DNA of 63,428 nucleotides, the filler included. It is 9 parts of 9 records of this genome, joined end to end, with 100 filler letters (N's around TTAATTAATTAA, not from the genome) between each part and the next. Parts side by side here need not be neighbours in the genome. Positions count along the whole stretch, not along the records: positions 21,604 to 27,479 come from DRR378314_2742; positions 27,580 to 33,063 come from DRR378314_2743; positions 33,164 to 40,396 come from DRR378314_2746; 6 more parts are not named here. The stretch is one strand, 5' to 3'. Shown piece by piece: positions 24,388-35,530 of the stretch; position 1 is the first letter of the stretch, and each line of letters starts with the position of its first letter. The position numbers were made by a program, and so were the translations under genes. The notes under the pieces are model-generated. The model ran no database searches and was not told the DNA's origin. It was given only the letters and a program-made list of their open reading frames with translations.

Positions 24388-24596
24388 GGATCGCTCCGTT
24401 ACGTGTTGACCGGTAATATAGGGCCTTTTGCGAGTTGTTTTCAATTCGAAAACCAAAAACTGGCATTAGAGTGCATCATTGTTCAATCATACGCAGGCAT
24501 AAACCCGATTTTCAGGCCCCGTGAATGGGGCAACTTCGCCTCTTCAACCGGTTTGGCCGCGTTGTGCAGGGTGCAAGCTGCCTCTATGATCCAAAT

Positions 24597-25253
24597 GTGA
24601 ACATCGCTGCTCTATTTGCCCCTGATCATGAACTCGCAGCACATCTTTTGCGGCTGCTGGATGGCCAAGCAACTGACAGCGCACATGATCGAGCACATCT
24701 CTTGCGTGTCTGGCAGAACGTCAGGAAAATTTCAAAGATCGAAGGTGGCGACCTCACGGTTCTGACAGCGGCCACCCTGATGCATGATTTTATACATGTC
24801 CCCAAGGATTCACCGGATCGCGCGAATGCCTCGCAGCGCGCTGCTGATGCCGCTGGCGCAGTGTTGGCCGCGCTGAGCTGGCCTGAACAGCAGGTATCGG
24901 CGGTCAAACATGCCATTACCGCACATAGTTTTTCGGCATGCATCCCGCCCAGAACACTGGAAGCACGGATTTTGCAGGACGCCGACCGGCTTGACGCCTT
25001 GGGCCACATCGGCATCGCCCGGTGCCTTGCCGTTTCAGGCGCATTGAACCGACCGCTTTACGATCCGCTTGATCCACAAGCGCAATCGCGCAAGCTGGAT
25101 GACAGTGCCTATGCACTCGATCATTTTCAGACAAAGCTCTTGCGGCTGGCGGGAGAGTTTCAAACCCAAACCGGGCGCGCACTGGCTGACAAACGCCATG
25201 CAGTTCTTAAACAATTTTACGATGGCTTCATCAGCGAGGTTTCTTTGCGCTGA
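24597..25253 (+). CDS. HD-domain phosphohydrolase (YedJ-like); start uncertain
   Basis: AHDRAH..RV, LMHD, AHSFS, QDADRLDALG.IG, DHFQTKLL. Confidence 0.85.
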   Translation: MNIAALFAPDHELAAHLLRLLDGQATDSAHDRAHLLRVWQNVRKISKIEGGDLTVLTAATLMHDFIHVPKDSPDRANASQRAADAAGAVLAALSWPEQQVSAVKHAITAHSFSACIPPRTLEARILQDADRLDALGHIGIARCLAVSGALNRPLYDPLDPQAQSRKLDDSAYALDHFQTKLLRLAGEFQTQTGRALADKRHAVLKQFYDGFISEVSLR

Positions 25254-25353
25254 CCAGATGATCCAAGGGGGAGGTTATGGCGCTCTCTTGCGATAAGGCG
25301 GCGCACAATGTAGACCGCCCCGAAGATCACATTCCGTCAGGAGAACCCTACGC

Positions 25354-25863
25354 ATGGCCGACTACCCCACCAGCTTTGACAAGGAAGCACTGTTGAAATG
25401 CGCCGCAGGCGAGTTGTTTGGACCTGGTAACGCACAGCTTCCTGCACCGCCCATGTTGATGATGGACCGGATCACTGATGTCTCAGGCGATGGCGGGGCG
25501 CATGGCAAAGGGCATATTACAGCAGAATTCGACATCACGCCGGACCTTTGGTTCTTTGACTGTCACTTTCCCGGCAACCCGATCATGCCGGGTTGTCTGG
25601 GGCTCGACGGCCTCTGGCAACTGACCGGTTTCAACCTTGGCTGGCGCGGTTGGCAGGGGCGTGGTTACGCCCTTGGTGTGGGCGAAGTGAAACTAACCGG
25701 CATGGTCCGTCCAGAGCGCAAGATGTTGACCTATAAGATTGATTTCACCAAAGCGATCCAAACCCGCCGCCTGACCATGGGCGTCGCCGACGGTATCGTT
25801 GAGGCCGACGGCGAGGTAATTTATCAGGTCACCGGTATGAAAGTTGCCCTGAGCGAGAGCTGA
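25354..25863 (+). CDS. fabA: 3-hydroxydecanoyl-ACP dehydratase/isomerase FabA
   Basis: [32 protein letters not shown]. Confidence 0.96.
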   Translation: MADYPTSFDKEALLKCAAGELFGPGNAQLPAPPMLMMDRITDVSGDGGAHGKGHITAEFDITPDLWFFDCHFPGNPIMPGCLGLDGLWQLTGFNLGWRGWQGRGYALGVGEVKLTGMVRPERKMLTYKIDFTKAIQTRRLTMGVADGIVEADGEVIYQVTGMKVALSES

Positions 25864-25871
25864 ACCACGGC

Positions 25872-25891
25872 GCGGCAGGGAGACCTGCCGC
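25872..25891 (+). terminator. GC-rich hairpin after fabA (terminator or mRNA stability element)
   Basis: GCGGCAGG-GAGA-CCTGCCGC with a GNRA loop; no clear U-tract. Confidence 0.5.
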
Positions 25892-26002
25892 CCGGTTACA
25901 TGTGTTGCATGAAGTATTGCCAGAACCTTGCTGTAAACTTAAGGTTTGCTAAGAGATAAAGACATTTTTTGAATGCGGCCCTTAACCGCGGAGCGACAGC
26001 AA

Positions 26003-26878
26003 ATGGCCACGGCCCACGTCTTGATTGCCGATATTACCGGCAGCACAAGCCTGTATGATAGATTGTCCGATCAAGACGCTTTGGCGCAGGTTAGCGCGAT
26101 TCTGGCACAGATGCGCACGATCATCGAAGACAACGGCGGGCATTGCGTCAAATCACAGGGCGACGATACGCTCAGCTTTTTCAGCGATGCCGCCAGCGCC
26201 TTTACCGCAGCCCGCGAGATGATACAGGCCGACTGGGGTGAGGGTCTGGGCGTGCATGCGGGTGCCCATTGCGGGGATGTGCTAAGTCAGGATTCCGACA
26301 TCTACGGTGACGCGGTAAACACCGCCGCGCGACTGGCCGCCTTGGCCAAACCCGGTGAGGTGCTGATTGGTGATACGGTTTTTGAACAACTGGCCACCCC
26401 TTTGCAGGCGCTGTTTGTCTCAATGGGTGGGGTAAAACTAAAAGGCAAACGCGACGCGACGCGGGTGCATTCCTTTGCCGTCAGTGACCTGTCCACGCAG
26501 ACCGTTCTGTTTGGCATGAAAGACTCTCCCATTGGGCCGCGCACCGAATCTGCGGTGCTTACCTGCGGATCCAAGGAATGGCCGCTGCTGGATGGGGAAA
26601 GCGTCATGGTCGGACGGTCATCCGATTGTCAGGCGGTGCTGGAACACCCTTGGGTGTCGCGCAAACACGGCATTTTCGAACTGCGCAGCGCACAGCTGGA
26701 ATATACCGATCACAGTTCCTCCGGCAGCACGGTAATCACCTCGGGCGGGCAGGAATATACCCTGCAACGCCGCTCCATGTTGCTGAGCGGTGAAGGCATG
26801 GTGCTGGTCGGCACCCGCGACAAAACCGTCGCCAGTTCGATCATCCGCTACAGCACCAATGATCTGGTGCCGGACTAG
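26003..26878 (+). CDS. Class III adenylate cyclase with C-terminal FHA domain
   Basis: ADITGST, VKSQGD (Lys), DIYGDAVNTAARL (Asp; N..R); FHA GR.....VSRKH. Confidence 0.88.
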   Translation: MATAHVLIADITGSTSLYDRLSDQDALAQVSAILAQMRTIIEDNGGHCVKSQGDDTLSFFSDAASAFTAAREMIQADWGEGLGVHAGAHCGDVLSQDSDIYGDAVNTAARLAALAKPGEVLIGDTVFEQLATPLQALFVSMGGVKLKGKRDATRVHSFAVSDLSTQTVLFGMKDSPIGPRTESAVLTCGSKEWPLLDGESVMVGRSSDCQAVLEHPWVSRKHGIFELRSAQLEYTDHSSSGSTVITSGGQEYTLQRRSMLLSGEGMVLVGTRDKTVASSIIRYSTNDLVPD

Positions 26879-27007
26879 CATATTGCACCTGCGCACCCCG
26901 TTACAATCCTGCTAACCGCTTGCACCGCCAAGCCTTGCCGTCCTAGATAGACAGGAAAGTAATTAGGGAGAGCAGCCCATGCGCCGCGTCAATCCAGAGG
27001 TTTGTTC

Positions 27008-27479
27008 ATGAAACGAGTCGTCGTCACAGGTCTGGGCATCGTTTCCTCAATCGGGAACAACGCCGAAGAAGTCACCGCCGCCCTGAAGGCAGGCACATCG
27101 GGCATCGAGGCATGCCCCGAGATGACAGAGCACGGCTTTCGCAGTCAGATCGCGGGCACGCTGAAGATCAATGTCGCGGATCACATCGACAAACGCACCC
27201 TGCGGTTCATGGGACAGGGTGCCGCCTATGCCTATCTTGCCATGGAACAGGCGATTGCCGATGCCGGTCTGGACGAGAGCATCATTTCAAACCCGCGCAC
27301 CGGGTTGATTGCCGGGTCCGGCGGCCCGTCCACTTCGGCAATGAAGGCTGCACATGATGTGGTCGACAAGACCGGCGCGACCAAGCGGATCGGGCCCTTC
27401 GCCGTACCGAAATGCATGTCCTCCACGATCAGTGCCAACCTGTCGACGGCGTTCAAGATCAAGGGCATCAACTATTCCA
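27008..27479 (+). CDS. fabB: Beta-ketoacyl-ACP synthase I FabB, 5' part
   Basis: MKRVVVTGLGIVSSIGNN, GSGGPST, IGPFAVPKCM, GINYS. Confidence 0.93.
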
Positions 27480-27579
27480 NNNNNNNNNNNNNNNNNNNNN
27501 NNNNNNNNNNNNNNNNNNNNNNNTTAATTAATTAANNNNNNNNNNNNNNNNNNNNNNNNNNNNNNNNNNNNNNNNNNNN
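27480..27579. other. Artificial contig linker
   Basis: 44 N + TTAATTAATTAA + 44 N. Confidence 0.99.
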
Positions 27580-28710
27580 ATACAAGGGCTTGGTACACTG
27601 ATACTATCATTATTATTATGGAGAAATCAGATGGAAATTGACGAAACACACACTTGCGCGAGGGGCTTTGCGCTTGTCGCGCGCGACCAGCGAAAGAGCA
27701 AGGGGGCTGAGCAAACAGCTACAAAACGTACGCGCACGATCTTCCAACGAATCGTCCATGGCAGCAAAGCAGACCCAGTATGACGAGGAAATAGAAAGAC
27801 GCGGGTTTTTTCCTTCCGTACGCAAGATACTCCCGTCGCTGCGTTGCGGTGGATTGGACGGCAAAACCCTCCTGTAGCAGTTGCTGAGCCACGCTGGTGT
27901 GCGCTGCACTGCGCAGCCTTCGCTGCGACGGCGGGAAGAGAGGAACCAAGTACACCCTAAAATTATTGTGTCCCATATTTATGCAAAGTAGGAAAGTTCG
28001 CGACGCTTGCACGACGATGCTTCGCCTCAGCACCTCTGCACAGCACAAGCGGGCCCACTCCGTCGCTAGTGCAAAAATATATAGAAGGCGTCCAGAACAA
28101 AAACGTGGTCAATTTCTTTCTATAGCCGCAGCTGCGTTCCCGTGACATGCATTCTTGTATTCGCTTTTCACTTTCCCCGAGACCTGGAGACTGCACTGGG
28201 CGGCAGCGCGGAGCGTTGGCAGTGGGGACGTGCGTGATCACACCGTTACCTCAGCCAGCATAAGCCTTTCGCGCTCCGCGAGCGCGCTATGACAACAGAA
28301 AAAAATGCAGAAGAAAGAAAGAAAAGAGAATAAAAACACCTCTTCTCGGTTTGAAATTGCACACAAACACTGCGGAAGAGCAATCCGCAGAGAGCACCTC
28401 GCCCACCGATCAGTCCACGAACTCGAATGGGGTCCGTTGCATTCACGGGCGCCCGTGGGTTTCCTACCGTACTGCCGCAGGACGGGAAGGAAGCCGCACT
28501 TCCAGCCCGCCCCGCTGGGCACCACACTTCACGAGGTGGTTGTGAGCAACGTAGCACATGCGCTGTGTGAGTTGGAATGCGCTCCGCGAACCTGCGGTCG
28601 CTCAGTGCCGCTTTCCCGCGCCTCAGGCGCCCAACGGAACTCGGCCCGTGGGATAACGAGCCGGGCAGGGAGATCATCGCTGGCACTGAGACCGGAAGCG
28701 TGCCCATCGA

Positions 28711-31700
28711 TTAGTTCGACACTTCGCCGATCAGGTACTCCTCCAGCATGTCATCCACCTTCGGGAACGGATGCTGATCGCCACGGAATCCTTCCGACGC
28801 ATCGCCTCCGGCATTGTTCAGGATCGACTCGCCACCCGGATGATCTTCGACGAACGTGGTCAGATCGTACACTTTGCCATCAATAATAAGCCACAAGTCT
28901 TTCGCCGAATCGTGCTTCGCGACTTCTTCGCGTGTAAACTTCTTCAGGGACGATGAGGATGAACCAGCAGCCTTTGCCGGCGCGGAAGACCCCGCCTTGC
29001 TCCCGGGTGCCTGCGCTGCCTTCGCGGAGGGCGTGGTGCCGGCCTTGAACTTGAGCGCGCGCCCAATTGTCTCCTTGCGACGGCGGTAGCGCACCGTGCA
29101 GGGCGGCATCGGGCCGACGACCATCGCTGCGTAGTCCGCCTCGGGGACGTCTCCGACGAGCTCCATATCGAAATTGCGCAGCAGGATACTCCAGATCGTG
29201 CGCACCTGCAGGAAGGCGAAATTCTCTCCCATGCAGCCGTGGCGCCCGCCACCGAACGCCTGGTAGCAGAAGGGGCGCTTCTTATCTTCGGCACGATCGG
29301 GGTCGTAGCGCTGCGGGTCGTACTCGTCGGGGTGAGAAAATACGCTCGGAAGACGACCGTTCGCCGCCGGCGAAGTGATGACCATATCGCCGGCTGGGAT
29401 GACGAATTCCTTCGATTGCAGCGGCTGGATAGCTTTGCGCATCAACATAATCAGCGGTGGGTACATCCGAAGCGCCTCCTTCATGGCATTGTACAGCTCC
29501 GACATTGCCGAAACGGACTCGTGCGTGAGCTCGTCTCCGTACTGCTTGACAATGGCCTCTTGCTCGCGCAGCAGGCGCGGTATGTGGCGCTTCTTGTCAG
29601 CAAGCATCAGCAATCCAGTCCAAGTGGCTGTGATCGACGAAGTGTGCTGGCCAGCGAAAAGCGCCACGATCAGAATACCCGTGATCTCGTCATCGCTCAG
29701 CATCGTGCCATCCTTGTACTCGGCCTCGATCAGGACCTGCAGAAAATCGTCTTCGCGGTGACCGGACTTGCGGCGGTTTTGGATGACCTTGGCGAACACT
29801 TCGCCCATCTCCTTGCGCGCCCAGTCGCGCTTCTTGTGCGCGGGGAGCGGTGCGTACGGGAAAAACACTGAGATTGGCGTCATGCCCAGATCAAGGTAGC
29901 TGTACAGGCCGGCAACCTTCTCATGCAGATTCTCGCGCACTTCGCGACCAAGAAGAGCGCGCGATGCAGTCAAGATAATGAGCTGGCTCATCGATTCGCG
30001 GAGGTCAATGACGCCTTCATCGCCCCACGTTGAGAAGAACTCCTGTGCCTCGGCAACCATCATGTCGACGTACGTGCGCATTTTCTTGCCACTGAGCGCG
30101 TGTCCGACAAACTTGAGCTGTTGCTGGAAAACTTTCAGATCGGCAGAGTCGTACACGATGCCGCGGCCAAACACCGGGATCGTGAACTTGTACGCCTCCT
30201 TCTGCGACAGCTGCTCGTCGGGCGCGCGGTAAAACTGGTCAACAGCCTCGGGGCCGACCAGGAACGTGAGGCGAACCCACAAAATCTTGAGCGTGAACAC
30301 GTCACCGTACTGCGCATAATAAAGCAAACGGGAACGTGGCCGGAGCGCGGAACCGATGAGTACGCAGCGTTCAAACGAGATCCACGGACGACAAAGGCAG
30401 GGCCAGGTGAGAGGTACGCGGCGCAAGGGCGCGGGAGTGCCTTGCCCGCTCCGTCACGACCACGCTCAGCAACAAGCTCACAGCCTCGGAACTCGTATGA
30501 GCAGTCGACCTATTCAGACATTCCTTGAATAAATTAACGCGTTCAATTTTATGTACCGTCTGCAATTTGCTCGCGTGGAAACAGGAGTCATGGGAGAGAG
30601 ACTGGGCAAGTATCGACAACCTTCGCTGCGTTTCGCACGTTCCCTGGCGCGCCGTCGGACGGCTCGGACGACTTGCCCAGGCCCTCGTCCTTCCCAAGCA
30701 CGCACCTTTTTCGAGAGAGAGAGAATCAGATCAATGGGATTCTTGTACAGTCGAAAGATGACTCCAAGGATAGGGAGGAAGCCATTGACAGTGGGCGGCG
30801 CATTCTTCAGCTGCGCGAGAGGGAGAAGAAAGAAGAAAAGGAAAAACAAGCACGGCGCAACTCACGCGTAAGTGGGGAGTGATTGCCAAAGAGAACCCGT
30901 TTCGCACACAACGCACACGTCCCAGGACGAGCCCCTCGACGAGCCACCAGACGCACTGAGAGCGCATCGTTCTGACAGTAGGTAACAATGCGTGCACAAA
31001 CGTGATTGTGAAAGGCATGTCAACTCTGCGCACAAGAGGCGCCCGTCTGAAGCGGCAACCGATGCTGCGCTGTAGCACCTGCCCCTTGCAGTACACACCA
31101 GCTGAGCAGAAGACTGCCAGCTACCGGCAACAAAAGAGAAGACTGCCACGCAAAAGAATTACCACTAAGCGAGTCGCCGCCACCCCAGGCAATACACAAT
31201 GCAATGAATGAGGAAGAAGCTTGCAACATGCAGCTTCTGCTGCACGTAGAGAAGGAGCCTTGAATGTCTCGCGATGCATGTTCCGTCGCTGAAGCATACA
31301 CGTTGGTGGCCGGGCAGGGAGCAACAGCCAGCCAGACACCACACTCCGCACGTCCGCGGCGGCAGCTCACACAACGGTTGCAGGCAAAAGGGCGGTGCGC
31401 GGCAGAAGAAAAAAATCGATGGGTCGCAACAAACAGGTCACTCGGAATCATGCCCGTGGCGTGCATGGTACAACATCGTGCACACAAGAGCTTCGCAGGC
31501 GCTTCTCTGGAAGAATTCGAGTCACCGCAGCGGCGCAGACGCGGTGTGGTCCGCCGTCCTTCGCGAACCTGCGGTGTGGAGCGTCCAGCCCCCTGGTGCT
31601 GGGCGGCCTCTGGGGCCCCTTCACGGGCGTTGATGACCGGCTAAAAAAAGCGCGTACACAGCGGTTTTCTTCACGCTTTCTCGCGCGATACAAGATTGCG

Positions 31701-32524
31701 GGGCGCATACGATCTACTTCAAATGAATGCAAATGTATAGGAGCACGGTTGTGGCCTATGCTGCATAAAAAAGCGCTCTCGCCCTTCTCCCCACTCGCCC
31801 CACAAGCGGGCAAGCGGCGATGCAGCGCGCGCCAGTTCATCATGAGAGTGCTACACTGGGAGCGGACGCGCGTCGCAACGGCGTGCCCCACGGCGCACCC
31901 AACACCACAGACTGCGCTCGTTCCCAAGCGCGTGAATTCATGGGCACGCAGGCATATGGAATATTCATGCGATATGATCATACTGCATAAACGTTTACCA
32001 ACTAAGTGCGCAAGGTTCTGCCGCAGCGCCACAATCGTGAGAGAATTCAGAGCGGAGCAACCGCGCCAGTACAGTACAGTACAGCGTCAGCCGAGACCGT
32101 GCGCGACGCAACGCGGCGGCAGGTCCCTTCACGCAGCTAAAGCAACTGCACAAAGCACTTGCGGGACTGCGATCCTGACCCGTTCTTGATGTCTACAGCA
32201 GCCACTTATTACAGTCCTGCTTTTCCTTTCATTCCGCGCCGACTGGCGTGACGGCTCGTTGCGCACTTGAGAAAGCACCGGCACTGACCAGGGAGCGGAG
32301 CGCGCAGTAGTGCGCTGTTGCGCTGCCCGGTCGCTCGCGTGGCAAGCAGACCGGATAGCAGGCCAAGCGCGCCCACGGCGCAGTGCAACGTGATCCGGAC
32401 GTACCGAAGCAGTCTGGATCCACGAGCGGATGATATAAACTACCATCATCGCCCCCAAGATCTGCCAGAAATACTGCTGCAGGTAGTCATTGGCAAGCGT
32501 TAGAATACCGCTCACGTCAAACAT
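28711..32524 (-). CDS. CYP51: Sterol 14-alpha-demethylase CYP51 fused to C-terminal cytochrome b5; exons 32524-32405, 30810-30706, 30309-28711 (607 aa)
   Basis: Exon 1 is a TM anchor and exon 2 carries PP..G.LP.LG. Exon 3 has YGDVFT, PVFGRGIVYD, AGQHTSS, EALR and FGGGRHGC, then an A/S/P/K linker and the b5 motif GKVYD.T.F...HPGG. Both introns are phase 0 GT-AG. Confidence 0.92.
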
Positions 32525-33063
32525 GGCGAAATATCGGTGTACGCTAGTCGCGGAACCAGGCGGCCGGCACAGGGACAACACAGGGGAGCGAAAGTTCCTC
32601 GCCCTCGCACGCGGCGCGCAGTGCGAACAGCGAGGCGAATCAGCGCGCCGTGATGTCTACACAGTAGGGTCGCCTGCCTGCACGTCCATCCTCCAAGGGA
32701 TGCTGTGTAGAGTTACCAACGTTTTCCATCGAATACATTCCACCCCTAGCCCACCGATGGACTTGCGCGCAACCTCCGCAGTTCGTCTGTGAACGTGTAC
32801 CCACCCTTGCGAGCTCCGCACGGTCTTGTTTTGCTTACTTTCCACGTGTAAGGGGCTACATACACTGCTTAAGAATATATATGGAGCTAGGCACTTGAAA
32901 GAGAAGAAAAGCTTTCCACGACGGTGGCCAATCGCGCTTGGAATCGCACACAACCCACGTGTGCCCACACCAAATCAAGGACAGGAGAAGAGTTGCGCGC
33001 CCTCGAAGTACGCGGCGCGCATGCATGCGAATTTTCCCTTTGAACAGCCATAGATTTGCCAAA

Positions 33064-33163
33064 NNNNNNNNNNNNNNNNNNNNNNNNNNNNNNNNNNNNN
33101 NNNNNNNTTAATTAATTAANNNNNNNNNNNNNNNNNNNNNNNNNNNNNNNNNNNNNNNNNNNN
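33064..33163. other. Artificial contig linker
   Basis: 44 N + TTAATTAATTAA + 44 N. Confidence 0.99.
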
Positions 33164-33194
33164 TCCGGCGGAGGTATTTGGGAAAAGATGAAAC
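33164..33194. repeat. Probable Rhodobacteraceae intergenic repeat at contig edge
   Basis: The minus strand reads TTTCATCTTTTCCCAAATACCTCCGCCGGA, resembling the TTC..CT....AAATA..C repeats common in roseobacters. Confidence 0.4.
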
Positions 33195-33201
33195 ATGGCG
33201 A

Positions 33202-33534
33202 TCAACCTTCGAATTCGCGCCAGGTCCAGCCCGGACGCTTGGCGTTGATCTTGTCCTTGACCTCCTGCGGCGGCTCGGTGGTCTGAGCGCTGTAGGTGGC
33301 AAAAACCTCGAGCGTCTGGGTGCAGCGGGCAGCGTGGAACCACTTGCCGCAGCCGTTGACGTGACGCCAGCGTTCCAGGTGCACCCCGCGCGGGTTTTCC
33401 TTCATGAACAGGTAGTCGTGGAATTCATCATCCGAGGAGCCGGGGCCAAAGCGTTTCAGATGCGCTTCGCCACCACCATGCAGTTCGGTTTCTTCGGCTT
33501 TGACGCCGCAATAGGGACATTCAAGGATCAGCAT
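33202..33534 (-). CDS. soxD: Sarcosine oxidase delta subunit
   Basis: MLILECPYCG..EE.E...GEAH, ENPRG..LERW.H..GC..WF. Confidence 0.93.
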   Translation of the reverse strand: MLILECPYCGVKAEETELHGGGEAHLKRFGPGSSDDEFHDYLFMKENPRGVHLERWRHVNGCGKWFHAARCTQTLEVFATYSAQTTEPPQEVKDKINAKRPGWTWREFEG

Positions 33535-33735
33535 TGTGCGTGCTCCGTCGAAAGAGTTACAGCAGCGCCCTGCCCCGCAGAGATGGCGGGCAGTGTCGCG
33601 GGATGAGATGTTCGGGGAGCAGGCCAATGAGGCGCGCCACCTGAGGTCGGCGCCGCAGCGAAAGTCACACGTCGGGCAAGACGCGTGTCGCAAACATAGG
33701 ACACGCCACCATCAGAGGCGGCGTGCCCCTGATCG

Positions 33736-33927
33736 TCAATTGCCTTCGATGTCGCCTTCGATGGCCCCACCGCCGGGCAGCTCGATGCTGACATCGGGCT
33801 CATCCATCGGGTTTCCACCGCCAAGGACGAACCAGCCAAGCACGGCGAGTGCGACAACGACACCACCAAGGATGAAGGCAAGTGCGCCATTGCCGGAGCC
33901 GGACGAATTCTGCGATTGATCGGACAT
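33736..33927 (-). CDS. Small single-TM hypothetical protein
   Basis: 63 aa, LAFILGGVVVALAVLGWFV TM, acidic tail, AGGAG RBS. Confidence 0.7.
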   Translation of the reverse strand: MSDQSQNSSGSGNGALAFILGGVVVALAVLGWFVLGGGNPMDEPDVSIELPGGGAIEGDIEGN

Positions 33928-34042
33928 GTTTGTCTCCTGCGCGATGTTGAGTTCGGGGCTATAACGCCCGAACCCGCGCAGAAGTTCCCGGTCACCGCGG
34001 CGGACCGGAAAACAGTGTCAGACTGTGAACGGAGGCGCTGCA

Positions 34043-35287
34043 TCAGTGCGCCACCCCGGCCGCGACGCTTTCGTCGATGAATTTGCCTTCCTTGAAGCGC
34101 GTCATGGAGAATTCCTCGGCGAGGTTGGAATGTCCCGTCGCCATCAGTTCCGCCATGGCCCAGCCGGAACCGGGGATCGCCTTGAAGCCGCCTGTGCCCC
34201 AGCCCGCGTTGACAAAGCAATTGTCCACCGGGGTCTTGGAGATCAGCGGCGAGCGGTCGCCGGTCACATCCACGATACCACCCCATTGGCGCAGCATCTT
34301 CAGGCGCGACACCATCGGGAAGGTCTCGACCAGCGCGCGCACGGTTTCCTCGATATGGTGGAAGGAGCCGCGCTGGGTGTAGTTGTTGTAGCCGTCGGTG
34401 CCGCCGCCGATGACCATCTCGCCCTTGTCGGATTGCGACATGTAGCCGTGCACGGTGTTGGCCATCACGACCACATCCATGCAGGGTTTGATCGGCTCGG
34501 AGACCAGCGCCTGCAGCGCCACGCTCTCCACCGGCAGACGGAAACCCGCCATCTCGGACAGGACCGAGCAATTGCCCGCCACCACCATGCCCAGCTTGTC
34601 GCAGTCGATCGCGCCCTTGCTGGTGTCGACGCCAACAACGCGACCGTTTTCGGTGCGCACATTGGTGACTTCGCATTGCTGGATAATGTCCATGCCCATG
34701 TCAGAGCAGGCCCGCGCATAGCCCCAGGCGACTGCGTCGTGACGGGCGGTGCCGCCGCGCTCCTGCCACAGCCCCCCCAGAACCGGATAGCGCGGCCCTT
34801 CGAGGTTGATGATCGGCACCAGCTCCTTGACCCGCGCCGGCGAAATCCACTCGGTCGGCACGCCTTGCAGTGCATTCGCGTGGGCGGTGCGCTTGTAGCC
34901 GCGCACCTCATGCTCGGTCTGGGCCAGCATGATCACACCGCGCGGCGAGAACATGATGTTGTAGTTGAAATCCTGGCTCAGGGTCTCATACAAGCTGCGC
35001 GATTTTTCATAGATCGCGGCAGAGGGATCCTGCAGGTAGTTCGAACGGATGATCGTGGTGTTGCGACCGGTGTTGCCGCCGCCGAGCCAGCCCTTCTCGA
35101 TCACCGCAACATTGGTGATGCCGAAGTTCTTGCCCAGGTAGTAGGCGGTGGCCAGGCCATGGCCGCCGGCGCCCACGATGATCACATCATAGTGCCGTTT
35201 CGGCGCGGGCGAGCGCCAGGCCCGTTCCCACCCGGTGTGGTAGCGCAGACCTTCCCGCGCCACTGCAAAGGCTGAATAGCGTTTCAT
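34043..35287 (-). CDS. soxB: Sarcosine oxidase beta subunit
   Basis: GAGGHGLATA, GGGNTGRNTTIIRSNY, GWGTGGFKA, AAGVAH. Confidence 0.96.
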   Translation of the reverse strand: MKRYSAFAVAREGLRYHTGWERAWRSPAPKRHYDVIIVGAGGHGLATAYYLGKNFGITNVAVIEKGWLGGGNTGRNTTIIRSNYLQDPSAAIYEKSRSLYETLSQDFNYNIMFSPRGVIMLAQTEHEVRGYKRTAHANALQGVPTEWISPARVKELVPIINLEGPRYPVLGGLWQERGGTARHDAVAWGYARACSDMGMDIIQQCEVTNVRTENGRVVGVDTSKGAIDCDKLGMVVAGNCSVLSEMAGFRLPVESVALQALVSEPIKPCMDVVVMANTVHGYMSQSDKGEMVIGGGTDGYNNYTQRGSFHHIEETVRALVETFPMVSRLKMLRQWGGIVDVTGDRSPLISKTPVDNCFVNAGWGTGGFKAIPGSGWAMAELMATGHSNLAEEFSMTRFKEGKFIDESVAAGVAH

Positions 35288-35530
35288 GAGCGAATCCAAT
35301 GCTTCGTGTCTGATCCCAGATATGACCGGGATCCGCTCCGCCCCCGCGCCGTTAATCGTCGCGTTTCGTCAGGTTTGCGACATCGCTCTCGTTGGAGTGT
35401 CGGAAGGGGCCCCGATCTATGGTCTGCGTCGAAGCTGACATATATCTCAGAAGCGGGACAGCGCGTCGCACCGATAGGGCTTTTTTCCGCAGCCGTCCGC
35501 CTATACATGAGAGCAAACGGCGGAGAGACG

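Noticed and set aside
27580-28700. Short ORFs downstream of CYP51
   Set aside because: There is no recognisable domain or consistent exon structure; probably UTR or intergenic.
30310-30426. ORF-track N-terminus of CYP51 (MRRVPL...)
   Set aside because: It is intron read-through; the phase-consistent exons at 30810-30706 and 32524-32405 give the proper anchor and PP motif.
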